From Clostridia bacterium (GTDB lineage Bacteria; Bacillota; Clostridia; TANB77; CAG-508): 64,000 nucleotides of DNA. The position numbers and the translations under genes are program-made. How positions within the stretch are numbered: position 1 is the first letter of the stretch; every line of letters starts with the position of its first letter. The notes under the pieces were generated by a model that was not told the DNA's origin, made no database searches, and saw nothing but the letters and a program-made list of their open reading frames with translations. The stretch lies in the NCBI GenBank assembly GCA_047017005.1, contig JBKXSZ010000005.1, positions 6,934-70,933 on the forward strand. Direction: 5' to 3'. Of the stretch, positions 28,985 to 38,119 are shown piece by piece.

Positions 28985-30970
28985 ATGGAAAAAACAATAG
29001 AAGAAATACAAAAAGAAATATTGGAAGGGATAAATCCAAGAAAAGAAAAAGAAGAAAAAGCACAAAGAGAACAAAGAGGGAGACAAAATCATCTAAAAAA
29101 TGTTAGAAAAGCAACAAGAAGGCCAAGGAAGGCAGTAGAAAAGATAGAAGCAAAAGAAGAAAAGAGAGATACAAAAATAAAAAGTCATAGAGAAAAAATA
29201 GAAAACAAACAAGAAGTAAAAATAGTAGAAAGAAAAACAAGAAATAATAAAGAAACAGGAAAGAAAAAAGAAAATACAAACAATAAAGGAAAAAAAGATT
29301 TTAAATTTAAAAAAGAAACACTAAAAATCATTCCAATTGGAGGAATTCAGGAAATTGGAAAAAATATGACAGTATTTGAATATGGAAATGAGATTATTAT
29401 CGTAGACTGTGGATTAGCGTTTCCAGAAGATGATATGCTAGGGGTAGATTTAGTAATACCAGATATTACGTATCTAGAAAAAAGCAAAGAGAAAATAAAA
29501 GGAATGGTAATTACTCATGGACATGAGGACCATATCGGAGCAATTCCATATTTCTTAAAACAAATAGATGTACCAATTTATGCAACAAGATTAACAGCAG
29601 GGTTAATTAGTAACAAGCTTGAAGAACATAAGCTATTACGTAAAACAAGGTTAAATATTGTAACACAAGGAGAGACGATTAAATTAGGAAAGAATTTTCA
29701 AGTAGAATTTATTCGTAGTTCTCATAGTATTCCAGATGCTGTTATGTTTGCTATCACAACCCCAGCGGGTACTGTACTTCATTCTGGAGACTTTAAGGTA
29801 GACTATACTCCGATTGATGATAAACCAATGGACTTTGGTAGAATAGCAGAATTAGGAAACAAGGGTATTTTAGCGTTGATGTCAGATAGTACAAACTCAG
29901 AAAGAAAAGGATATACGATGTCAGAGCGTTCAGTAGGACCTGTTTTTGAAAAGTTATTCTTAAATTGTAGTAAAAGAATTATTGTAGCAACTTTTGCATC
30001 TAACGTACACCGTGTACAACAAATTGTAAACTCTGCTATTAAATATGGTAGAAAAGTAGCGGTTATGGGTAGAAGTATGATAAATATGATAAATACAGCA
30101 AATGAATTAGGCTATATTGATTGTCCAAAAGATTTATTTATTGATATTGATATGATAAAAAATTATACAGACGACCAATTAGTTATTATCACAACAGGAA
30201 GCCAAGGAGAACCAATGTCTGCCTTAACAAGAATGGCAGCAGGTGACCATAAAAAAGTACAAATTACTCCAAACGATTTAGTTATTATATCTGCTACTCC
30301 AATACCAGGAAATGAAAAGCTAGTATCAAAAGTAATCGATGACCTAATGCAAATTGGTGCAGAGGTAGTATATAGCTCCCTTGAAGATATTCACGTATCA
30401 GGACACGCATGTCAGGAAGAGCAAAAGCTATTATTAAGCCTAGCAAAACCAAAATACTTTATTCCGGTACATGGGGAATATAGACAATTAAAAGCTCATA
30501 GTGAAACTGCACAAAGCGTAGGAATTGATAGAGAAAATATTTTTATGCTTGCAAATGGTAGAATTCTAGAACTAAATGAAGACTATGCAAGATTAGCAGG
30601 AAGTGTACCAAATGGAAGAGTGTTAGTAGATGGATTAGGAGTAGGAGATGTTGGAAATATCGTACTTCGTGATAGACAACATTTATCACAAGATGGATTA
30701 ATCATCATTGTTCTTACAATGGATTCAGGTTCAGGTACTGTAATTGCTGGACCAGACATCATTTCAAGAGGATTTGTCTATGTGAGAGAGTCTGAGAACC
30801 TAATGGATGATGTTAAAAATGTTGTAAAACATGAGATTGAAAAATTCGAACAAAAGGGAATTACAGATTGGTCTACAATTAAATCTGAATTAAGAGATAA
30901 TTTAAGAGATTATTTATTTCATAAAACAAAACGCAACCCAATGATATTGCCAATAATTATGGAAGTATAG
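28985..30970 (+). CDS. rnj: ribonuclease J with a Lys/Glu-rich N-terminal extension
   Basis: Beta-lactamase/beta-CASP core (LKIIPIGGIQEIGKNMTVF..., HGHEDHIGA). It is preceded by about 105 residues of K/E/R-rich sequence. Confidence 0.9.
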   Translation: MEKTIEEIQKEILEGINPRKEKEEKAQREQRGRQNHLKNVRKATRRPRKAVEKIEAKEEKRDTKIKSHREKIENKQEVKIVERKTRNNKETGKKKENTNNKGKKDFKFKKETLKIIPIGGIQEIGKNMTVFEYGNEIIIVDCGLAFPEDDMLGVDLVIPDITYLEKSKEKIKGMVITHGHEDHIGAIPYFLKQIDVPIYATRLTAGLISNKLEEHKLLRKTRLNIVTQGETIKLGKNFQVEFIRSSHSIPDAVMFAITTPAGTVLHSGDFKVDYTPIDDKPMDFGRIAELGNKGILALMSDSTNSERKGYTMSERSVGPVFEKLFLNCSKRIIVATFASNVHRVQQIVNSAIKYGRKVAVMGRSMINMINTANELGYIDCPKDLFIDIDMIKNYTDDQLVIITTGSQGEPMSALTRMAAGDHKKVQITPNDLVIISATPIPGNEKLVSKVIDDLMQIGAEVVYSSLEDIHVSGHACQEEQKLLLSLAKPKYFIPVHGEYRQLKAHSETAQSVGIDRENIFMLANGRILELNEDYARLAGSVPNGRVLVDGLGVGDVGNIVLRDRQHLSQDGLIIIVLTMDSGSGTVIAGPDIISRGFVYVRESENLMDDVKNVVKHEIEKFEQKGITDWSTIKSELRDNLRDYLFHKTKRNPMILPIIMEV

Positions 30971-31152
30971 AGGAATACTAGAATACCAAGCTTTTTAGAG
31001 CTTGGTAGTTTTTTGGGGCTATCCTTTTAAAAGGTACCTATTATTAGAATAGAAAGAAAGTAGAAGAATATAAAAAAATTAAACTAAGCGACAAGTTTCG
31101 ACACAAACAATTTACATAAAATGTTAAAATAGAATCATGGAGGAGTGATTCT

Positions 31153-31317
31153 ATGAATGTTGATTTCCTTATTATGCGAAATAAGATAAGATTAGAACAA
31201 ATGATAAATGAAAATGAAGATTATGAAAAAATATTAAAGCAAAGTCAAAAATTGGACAAGTATATTAATATCAAAATGAAAGAAATAGAAAAGCAAAGTC
31301 CATTAAGACAAATATAA
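31153..31317 (+). CDS. Spo0E-family sporulation regulatory aspartyl-phosphate phosphatase
   Basis: 54-aa ORF not in the track, MNVDFLIMRNKIRLEQMINENEDYEKILKQSQKLDKYINIKMKEIEKQSPLRQI. Contains the SQxLD signature. GGAG RBS and a terminator at 31322-31351. Confidence 0.7.
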   Translation: MNVDFLIMRNKIRLEQMINENEDYEKILKQSQKLDKYINIKMKEIEKQSPLRQI

Positions 31318-31425
31318 GAAGGCAAGAAATTTTTATTCTTGCTTTCTTTTTGTCTAGTTAGTTGTAATATGGGTGATAATTTGATATAATACAGCAGAAA
31401 GAGAAATCAAAGGAGAGAAAAAACA

Positions 31426-33081
31426 ATGGATTATAAAGAATTATCAGACTTGATTTTCCCAGATGCAAAATCAATTTCATATTATGAGGAAAAATATCCA
31501 GAAAGAAATTTACCAGAGGGAGCAATAGTAACGAGAGTTGCACCAAGTCCTACAGGATTTGTACATATTGGAACTTTATATCAAGCTTTAGTTGCAAAAA
31601 AGTTGGCAGAACAAACAGATGGAGTATTTTTTTTAAGAGTAGAAGATACAGATCAAAAAAGAAAAATTGAAAATGGTACATTAGAAATTGTTACAGGATT
31701 TAGTAGCTATGGAATTGAACCAGATGAAGGAATGATTTCGGAAAATGAAGAAAAAGGAAATTATGGACCATATAAACAATCTTTAAGAAAAGAAATTTAT
31801 CAAGCTTATGCAAAATACTTAATAGAACAAGGCAAAGCATATCCATGTTTCTGCGCTCCAGAAGAAGTAGAAGAAATAAGAGAAAAACAAGAGGCTGCAA
31901 AAATAAGACCAGGATATTATGGTGTATGGGCAAAGTGTAGAAATTTAACAGTAGAAGAAGCAATCAAAAAAATAAAAAATGGAGAAAAATATATAATTAG
32001 ATTTAAATCACCAGGTAGAGAAGACAGAAAAATAAAACATCATGATATAATAAAAGGAAATGTTGATTTTCCAGAAAATGACCAAGACATAGTAATAATA
32101 AAAGCAGATGGCCTTCCAACATACCATTTTGCACATGCAATAGATGACCATTTAATGAGAACAACACATGTAATAAGAGGAGATGAATGGCTATCATCTG
32201 TATCACTACATTTACAATTATTTCATGAACTAGGATTTAAAGCTCCTAAATATGCACATATAGCTCCTATCATGAAAAATGACGAAGGTAATAAAAGAAA
32301 ATTAAGTAAAAGAAAAGACCCAGAAGCAGCAGTGAGCTATTATGCAAAAGAGGGAATACCAGACATCGCAGTGAAAGAATATTTATTAAATATAGCAAAT
32401 TCAACATTTGAAAATTGGAGGAGAGCAAATCCAGACAAATCAATGAATGAATTTAAATTGCAATTAAGCAAGATGAGTGTAAGTGGTGCTTTATTTGATA
32501 TAGTAAAATTATTAGATGTATCTAAAACTGTTATATCAAAAATGACTGCAGAGGAAGTATATAAAAATACTCTTACATGGGCTAAAAAGTATGACACTGA
32601 ACTAGAAAACTTATTAAAAGACAAAACATATTCGTTAAAAGTATTAGGAATTGAAAGAGGAAATAAAAAGCCAAGAAGAGATATTGCAAAATGGTCAGAT
32701 GTAAAAGAAAATATTGAATATATGTATGTAGATAAATTTGATGAAACAGTTAAAAAATATGAATTCCAAAATATAAATGAAATAGAAAAAATAAAAGAAA
32801 TTTTGAAACTATATCTAATAGAATATTACAATGCAGAAGATGATAAACAAGAATGGTTTGATAAAATAAAGCAACTAGCAGGAAGATTAGGATATGCAAA
32901 AGAAGTAAAAGAATATAAAAAGAATCCTGATAATTATCCTGGACACGTAGGAGATGTTAGTATGGTACTTCGTGTTGCATTAACAGGTAGACAAAATACT
33001 CCAGATATGTATGAAATCATGAAAATCTTGGGGAAAGAAGAAATGGAAAGAAGATTTCAAAGGATAATAAAGAACAGTTGA
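31426..33081 (+). CDS. gltX: glutamate--tRNA ligase (long GluRS-type)
   Basis: RVAPSPTGFVHIGT (HIGH motif) and KLSKRK (KMSKS motif), 551 aa. Confidence 0.85.
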   Translation: MDYKELSDLIFPDAKSISYYEEKYPERNLPEGAIVTRVAPSPTGFVHIGTLYQALVAKKLAEQTDGVFFLRVEDTDQKRKIENGTLEIVTGFSSYGIEPDEGMISENEEKGNYGPYKQSLRKEIYQAYAKYLIEQGKAYPCFCAPEEVEEIREKQEAAKIRPGYYGVWAKCRNLTVEEAIKKIKNGEKYIIRFKSPGREDRKIKHHDIIKGNVDFPENDQDIVIIKADGLPTYHFAHAIDDHLMRTTHVIRGDEWLSSVSLHLQLFHELGFKAPKYAHIAPIMKNDEGNKRKLSKRKDPEAAVSYYAKEGIPDIAVKEYLLNIANSTFENWRRANPDKSMNEFKLQLSKMSVSGALFDIVKLLDVSKTVISKMTAEEVYKNTLTWAKKYDTELENLLKDKTYSLKVLGIERGNKKPRRDIAKWSDVKENIEYMYVDKFDETVKKYEFQNINEIEKIKEILKLYLIEYYNAEDDKQEWFDKIKQLAGRLGYAKEVKEYKKNPDNYPGHVGDVSMVLRVALTGRQNTPDMYEIMKILGKEEMERRFQRIIKNS

Positions 33082-33113
33082 AAATAATTAAAAAATGAAG
33101 AAAGGGTGGAAAG

Positions 33114-33293
33114 ATGGAATATCAAATAGGTGATGTGGTTAGAACAAAAAAAGTACATCCTTGTGGAAGTAAAGAGTGGGAAATTACAAGAGTAGGTGTA
33201 GATTTTAAGTTAAAGTGCTTAGGTTGTGGACATATTATTCAACTTCCAAGAGAAAGGGCATTAAAAATAATTACAAAAAAGATAGAAAAATAG
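33114..33293 (+). CDS. DUF951 family protein
   Basis: 59-aa ORF not in the track, MEYQIGDVVRTKKVHPCGSKEWEITRVGVDFKLKCLGCGHIIQLPRERALKIITKKIEK. Terminator at 33301-33330. Confidence 0.8.
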   Translation: MEYQIGDVVRTKKVHPCGSKEWEITRVGVDFKLKCLGCGHIIQLPRERALKIITKKIEK

Positions 33294-33333
33294 AAGAAAA
33301 AGGAAATCTATATTTTGGATTTCCTTTTTCTTC

Positions 33334-33372
33334 TAGACATAAAAGTAAAAATATGGTAAAATAATTATGTTA
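33334..33372 (+). promoter_or_regulatory. promoter module, copy 1 (TAGACA-17-TAAAAT with extended TG)
   Basis: 33 of 39 nt identical to 36708..36746, including a 24-nt perfect block aaatatggtaaaataattatgtta. Confidence 0.6.
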
Positions 33373-33462
33373 TCAAATGCTAAGTTCCTACTTATAAATA
33401 GAGGAAGGAAAGAATTGATAATGGCCAGCATTCTTAGTACATCTATAGAAAGGAGAAACAAG

Positions 33463-34275
33463 ATGAAAATAACAGTTCGGAGGGAGTTTGATACAAGACT
33501 AGGAAAATTAATTCACAATTGGGCAATACGAAGTGGAGCTAATATGCTTCAAAAAGAGGGAAAGAGATATGTTATTTATAAAGTAGAAGGTACAGAAAAA
33601 GATGAAATAGAATTGATTGTAGATTCCTTAAAGAAAGTACCGGAGCTTGAAATAGGTGACATAGAAACAATTGACAACTCTAAGTATTATCTAGAGACCA
33701 AAGAAGTAAATGAGGTAATAAAAAGATTAGAGGAATATTTAAAAATGGTTTCTTTTACAGGAAGTTTTAAAAAAATTTATATTTCCAAAGAGCAGAAATA
33801 TATTGAGATAAGATTGCCTAACAACGAATCTTCAAGAAAACTATACCATTTCTTAAAAAGAGCTATTGGACGAAAGGGAGTTTTTACTGAGAAGAAGCAA
33901 CCAGAAGCTAAGCAAATTATTTCAAAAGCGATTGCTATGGATATAAACCAACCAAAGAATCCAAACAGAAAGACGGGAGAAATAGAAAAGAAAGTAAATG
34001 TTCCTCAATATGAATTACCAAAACAAGTTTTTCCTAAAAAAGAACAGCAGGAAAAGCCAAATGCAGTTTTTAAGCAAGAGGAGAGAGCAAAAGTTGCTCA
34101 ATATGTTTATACGCAAAAACAATCTTTTACTATTTCAGGAGTAGCGGAAAAAACAGGTACTTCGGAAGAATTAGTGAAGGAAATTCTAGAAGGATGCATA
34201 AAAATAGGAGATGTAGGAACGAGAATAGACAAAAAAACAAGTACACTACTCTACTATACCTTAAGGAATTATTAA
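33463..34275 (+). CDS. hypothetical protein with a C-terminal winged-helix-like segment
   Basis: AAAGGAG lies 7 nt before ATG 33463, and the track start at 33367 sits inside the promoter module. 270 aa with a K/E/Q/P-rich linker. No family recognised. Confidence 0.55.
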   Translation: MKITVRREFDTRLGKLIHNWAIRSGANMLQKEGKRYVIYKVEGTEKDEIELIVDSLKKVPELEIGDIETIDNSKYYLETKEVNEVIKRLEEYLKMVSFTGSFKKIYISKEQKYIEIRLPNNESSRKLYHFLKRAIGRKGVFTEKKQPEAKQIISKAIAMDINQPKNPNRKTGEIEKKVNVPQYELPKQVFPKKEQQEKPNAVFKQEERAKVAQYVYTQKQSFTISGVAEKTGTSEELVKEILEGCIKIGDVGTRIDKKTSTLLYYTLRNY

Positions 34276-34326
34276 ACATTAAAGATGCTGGTTGTAAAAA
34301 AGAGCTATTAATAGCTCTTTTTTTCC

Positions 34327-34914
34327 TTACTTTGTTATATATTTTTCTATCAAATTCCAAACATCACTAGAATAAATTTTCTTTTCAGAGGAAAATGGCA
34401 AAATAGGAATCATATCCGGAATAGATAAATAAGTACGAAGGTCTTCCACATATGCAGGAACCTTAGTAGGTGCAATTTTATCTGCCTTATTTGCAAGTAC
34501 TAGAACAGGTAAACTTGTTTGTAAAGCGTAGTGATACATTAAAGCATCATTTTCACTTGGTTTATGGCGAATATCCATTAATATAATAATACAAGCAATG
34601 TTCTCACGATGGAATAAATACTCTTCGATGAATTTTCCTACTTTTGCTTGTTCTTGTTTTGACATTTTGCTATATCCATAACCCGGCAAATCAACAAAAT
34701 AAAAAATATTATCCATATTATAAAAATTAAGTTGTCTTGTTTTTCCTGGTTCACTACTAGTTCTAGCAAGTTTTTTCCTTTGAATCATTGTATTAATGAA
34801 AGAAGATTTTCCTACATTAGATTTTCCAACTAATACGATTTCAGGAAGGTTTCCTTTTGGATATTGCTTAGGGCTAACAGCAGAAATTTCAAATTTTGGA
34901 TTTTTAATATTCAT
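34327..34914 (-). CDS. engB: ribosome biogenesis GTP-binding protein YsxC/EngB
   Basis: GKSNVGKSSFIN (G1), DLPGYG (G3) and NKADK (G4). Confidence 0.9.
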   Translation of the reverse strand: MNIKNPKFEISAVSPKQYPKGNLPEIVLVGKSNVGKSSFINTMIQRKKLARTSSEPGKTRQLNFYNMDNIFYFVDLPGYGYSKMSKQEQAKVGKFIEEYLFHRENIACIIILMDIRHKPSENDALMYHYALQTSLPVLVLANKADKIAPTKVPAYVEDLRTYLSIPDMIPILPFSSEKKIYSSDVWNLIEKYITK

Positions 34915-35029
34915 ATGAGGTACCTCTATTTCTATAAAATAATATTTAATTATGTAGGTTATTACTATTTCATTATATCAAAAATAAAAAATAAAGTAAA
35001 TGTAAGAATAGAAGAATTTTTTCGTTTGT

Positions 35030-36602
35030 GCCATTTTCAGCGATTTCACTTCCTCATATTTCCATTTTTACACTTGTTTTTCTTCTGAAATTTTAAATCG
35101 CATTTTTATCCAAAGAAAAAAGGGCGCAATAATCCCTTTACAACTTTATGTGTTTTTTTAATTTTATTTAAGCTACTAAACTTCCTATATTGTCTTGTTT
35201 ATTTTTTATATGTCCTTTTGCTATTGTTAGCATTACAATAAATGTTAGATTTAGCATTAGCTCCATTTTCTTTTGCCCTCTTATGAAATGATCATTAAAC
35301 ATGTAATCTCTATCTATTCTACCATTTAACCTTTCTATCTCTGTCCTCATTTTATATTTCTTCTTGAATTTTTTACTATCTCTTGCTACTGGTGTAAATA
35401 TTCTATAATCCGTTTCTAATGGTATTCTATATATTTTCTTTCCCGTATTATACCTTGTATATCTTAAAGCATTATTTTCTTTATCATATCCTACATATTT
35501 CATCTTTTCATAATTACCTAAATCTACTATGTAAAACACTTCTCCTTCTTCAGTATATGCTATTGGTTGATTTTCTATTTCTTTATATTTTTCTTCTTTA
35601 TCCCATATATGTTTTATATCCATTATTGGGTTTATATTATATTCTTCTTTTAGCTTTTTGTTTCTTTTTCCACTATCGTATCCAGCATCTCCCATTAAGT
35701 TTTTCATTTTCTCTAATTTATATTTTTCTCTTTCATTGTTTCCCATTTCTTTTAACATATTATCTAATTCTGTTTGTTCTGAATTATTTGCTGGTGTTAC
35801 TTTGCTTTTTATTGGTAATCCATATTTTGCATCACATATTATATGTGCCCTAAATCCATAATGCCACTCATTTTTCTTGCTTCCATCTTTCATGTAATAT
35901 GTTTTACATGAAGTTGTTGCATCATGTTCAGCCCTATTATCTTTACATCTATTATCTTTATATTGATTTGCATATGTATCTAAATATTTCCCATCTATTG
36001 CACAATCCTCTCCAAATCCTTCTAAATTTTCATACATAAATTTTACTAATTGTTCAAATATCTCTTCAATTTCTTGTTTACAATCTTTTAATTTGTTGAA
36101 AAAACCTGTAAATACTCTTGCTGGTGGTACTAAATGTTTTCTATCTCCACAATATTTATATTTCCCTTCACTTAATCCACATGCTATTCTTAGTTGTGAA
36201 TTTCTACTTAATTCTCTTCTAAATGATTCTACACTTCTATGTCCAAATATTTTCATTGCATAAATTAAATTTAACATTGTTCTTACTGGATAATCATTTC
36301 TTCCATTCTTTCTTGTTTTTTCAAGCTTTTCGCATAATTTATCATCATCTATATTTTCAAAAAATATTTTTAATCTTTCTAAATCTCCTAAATTTTCAAT
36401 TTCCCTATATTCAAATATTGAAATTTGTGATATATTATTCATAGATTTTTTCACTCCTTTTGTTAAGTTTTTTTCCAAATTAATTATATCAAATTAGAGT
36501 GAAAAAATCACTAAAAACGCTTGAAAAATCAAGCGTTTTTGTGTTTTTGTCGTATTTTTAAATTTATTTTATTATCTCTACTAATTAATGTCTGCAAATG
36601 GC
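35030..36602 (-). mobile_element. IS element (IS4/IS5/IS1182-superfamily); boundaries tentative
   Basis: Candidate terminal inverted repeats gccattttcagcgat (35030-35044) and atgtctgcaaatggc (36588-36602), 13 of 15 positions matching. No clear target duplication was found. Encloses one transposase ORF and its terminator. Confidence 0.4.
35168..36442 (-). CDS. DDE transposase (InsH-type N-terminal DUF772 plus DDE_Tnp_1-like C-terminus)
   Basis: GRNDYPVRTMLNLIYAMKIFGHRSVESFRRELSRNSQLRIACGL, then GDAGYDS and TEIERLNGRI. AAAGGAG lies before MNNISQ, so the start is at 36442. Confidence 0.8.
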   Translation of the reverse strand: MNNISQISIFEYREIENLGDLERLKIFFENIDDDKLCEKLEKTRKNGRNDYPVRTMLNLIYAMKIFGHRSVESFRRELSRNSQLRIACGLSEGKYKYCGDRKHLVPPARVFTGFFNKLKDCKQEIEEIFEQLVKFMYENLEGFGEDCAIDGKYLDTYANQYKDNRCKDNRAEHDATTSCKTYYMKDGSKKNEWHYGFRAHIICDAKYGLPIKSKVTPANNSEQTELDNMLKEMGNNEREKYKLEKMKNLMGDAGYDSGKRNKKLKEEYNINPIMDIKHIWDKEEKYKEIENQPIAYTEEGEVFYIVDLGNYEKMKYVGYDKENNALRYTRYNTGKKIYRIPLETDYRIFTPVARDSKKFKKKYKMRTEIERLNGRIDRDYMFNDHFIRGQKKMELMLNLTFIVMLTIAKGHIKNKQDNIGSLVA

Positions 36603-36707
36603 TTAACTTCATGTCGTTACATTTTTATTACAAATTTTACACCTATGGTATTACTCTTTTTCAACTAACGAAATTATTCTAGAAAGGATAGAGTCAAAAG
36701 AATAGAA

Positions 36708-36746
36708 TAGACAAAATATAGCAAATATGGTAAAATAATTATGTTA
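36708..36746 (+). promoter_or_regulatory. promoter module, copy 2 (TAGACA-17-TAAAAT)
   Basis: See 33334..33372. Confidence 0.6.
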
Positions 36747-36849
36747 CTATCCAAAGCTATAATTTGAAAGTTCAAATATAGGATAGTGAAGGGCTAATTT
36801 ACAAGAACACTTTATAAGATAACTAAAACAGAAAGGATATGACAGACAG

Positions 36850-37995
36850 ATGGAAGAAACAGCAATGGATAAATTTATGATTACCTTGATAGTTTCTAAA
36901 GAGAGTGGCAATATACTAACTCGGTGGAGAAAATCTGAGCTCTATAGCATTAAAAGAAAAGAAACAGATGGTACTTACCAGCTACAGTTTTTAATCGAAT
37001 ATGAGAACTGTAAGGAACAAGCCTTACGAGAAATCTATAAAAAAGCTTGTGAAAAATTTAAGGAATTTGAAATCCTAGATTCCAAGTTTGATTCGAAGAA
37101 ACCTACAAAAGAATTCTATACAGAACAATTTGCGAATTACTTAAATGGTGAACTGGAATATAAAAATATTCCAGAAGGTATGAAATTTGTGAAAAGAGAC
37201 AAAATTGTTCACTGTGTCGTAAATAAAAATACAGATACCAAACAATTTTGTAAAGCAATGGAAAAACACAGTATCATGAAAGTAAAGGTAGAAATACCAC
37301 GGTATGAAGCAGAGCTTATAACAAACAATCCGCATATTAAAAATGGAATACAGCAAAAGATTCGGATAGATGGAAATACTAGAAAGATAACGCTTCAAAT
37401 GAAAGAAAAATCAGAAGGAGTATGGATGGATTTACAAGAGAGATATCTGCTATTTTTGCAGTATGTTGCGGTGGTGAAAATCATAGATTTTAAATTTAAC
37501 GAAGAAGAGGAATACGTTGAATTTCGCTTCAAAGAGCTTCCTACATTTTTACGGATAAAGTATGATGATTCTTTAAGTAGAAACAATTGTTATCATGTTA
37601 TAAGAGAAACTCGAAGTACAACAGAATTTTTTATTCCTATTGGATGTAAAATAGAAAAAGATAAGAATGGTGAAATCCACTTTTGGATAAATAAGTCAAA
37701 AGAGAATAATACTTTTATTACTCTATTGCAGGAAGAGGAGACAAAGCCCAAAGTAACAAAGAAGGAAAAAGTTTCTTCTTCTAAAATTAATATAAAAGTA
37801 AGAAAAGAATTAATAGAGTGGATAAAAGTATTAAATCAATTTACATTGAATGATTTAGTTCAGGTATGTGGTAATAAAGTAACAAAAACGCAAATTACTC
37901 AGATGTTATCGGAATTAATCGATATTGATTATATCAAATATCGATGGGTCAAGACAAAGACTGGAGAGGAGAAAAAGTACCAGTATAAAGGTTAA
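36850..37995 (+). CDS. hypothetical protein with a C-terminal winged-helix-like segment
   Basis: 381-aa uninterrupted ORF containing four in-frame CGG codons. No family recognised. The start codon is uncertain (36850, 36865 or 36877). Confidence 0.55.
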   Translation: MEETAMDKFMITLIVSKESGNILTRWRKSELYSIKRKETDGTYQLQFLIEYENCKEQALREIYKKACEKFKEFEILDSKFDSKKPTKEFYTEQFANYLNGELEYKNIPEGMKFVKRDKIVHCVVNKNTDTKQFCKAMEKHSIMKVKVEIPRYEAELITNNPHIKNGIQQKIRIDGNTRKITLQMKEKSEGVWMDLQERYLLFLQYVAVVKIIDFKFNEEEEYVEFRFKELPTFLRIKYDDSLSRNNCYHVIRETRSTTEFFIPIGCKIEKDKNGEIHFWINKSKENNTFITLLQEEETKPKVTKKEKVSSSKINIKVRKELIEWIKVLNQFTLNDLVQVCGNKVTKTQITQMLSELIDIDYIKYRWVKTKTGEEKKYQYKG

Positions 37996-38033
37996 GCATT
38001 AACAGCTTAAAATGTAAATTAGTCCCAAAAAAA

Positions 38034-38062
38034 GACTGGCTATTATAGCAGTCTCTTTTTTC
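38034..38062. terminator. bidirectional terminator between the orphan gene and serS
   Basis: Stem agactggcta / tagcagtct followed by a T-run. The two genes are convergent. Confidence 0.6.
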
Positions 38063-38119
38063 TATCTATAGAATATGGATTTAATTCTATAGCTTAACTT
38101 TTAAATCAAGCTAATACAA

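Noticed and set aside
29000-29330. Purine-rich AAAGAA-type periodicity at 29000..29330, and also at 41880-41960, considered as a possible repeat array or CRISPR.
   Set aside because: There are no regularly spaced identical repeats with unique spacers. The first region is the Lys/Glu-rich coding extension of rnj and the second is a purine-rich intergenic tract. No CRISPR array or cas genes are seen anywhere in the window.
35147-36575. Direct similarity between tgtgtttttttaattttattt (about 35147) and tgtgtttttgtcgtatttttaaatttatttt (about 36539), considered as IS-flanking repeats.
   Set aside because: Both lie inside the candidate inverted-repeat boundaries, are T-rich low-complexity sequence, and are direct rather than inverted. 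This is probably chance.
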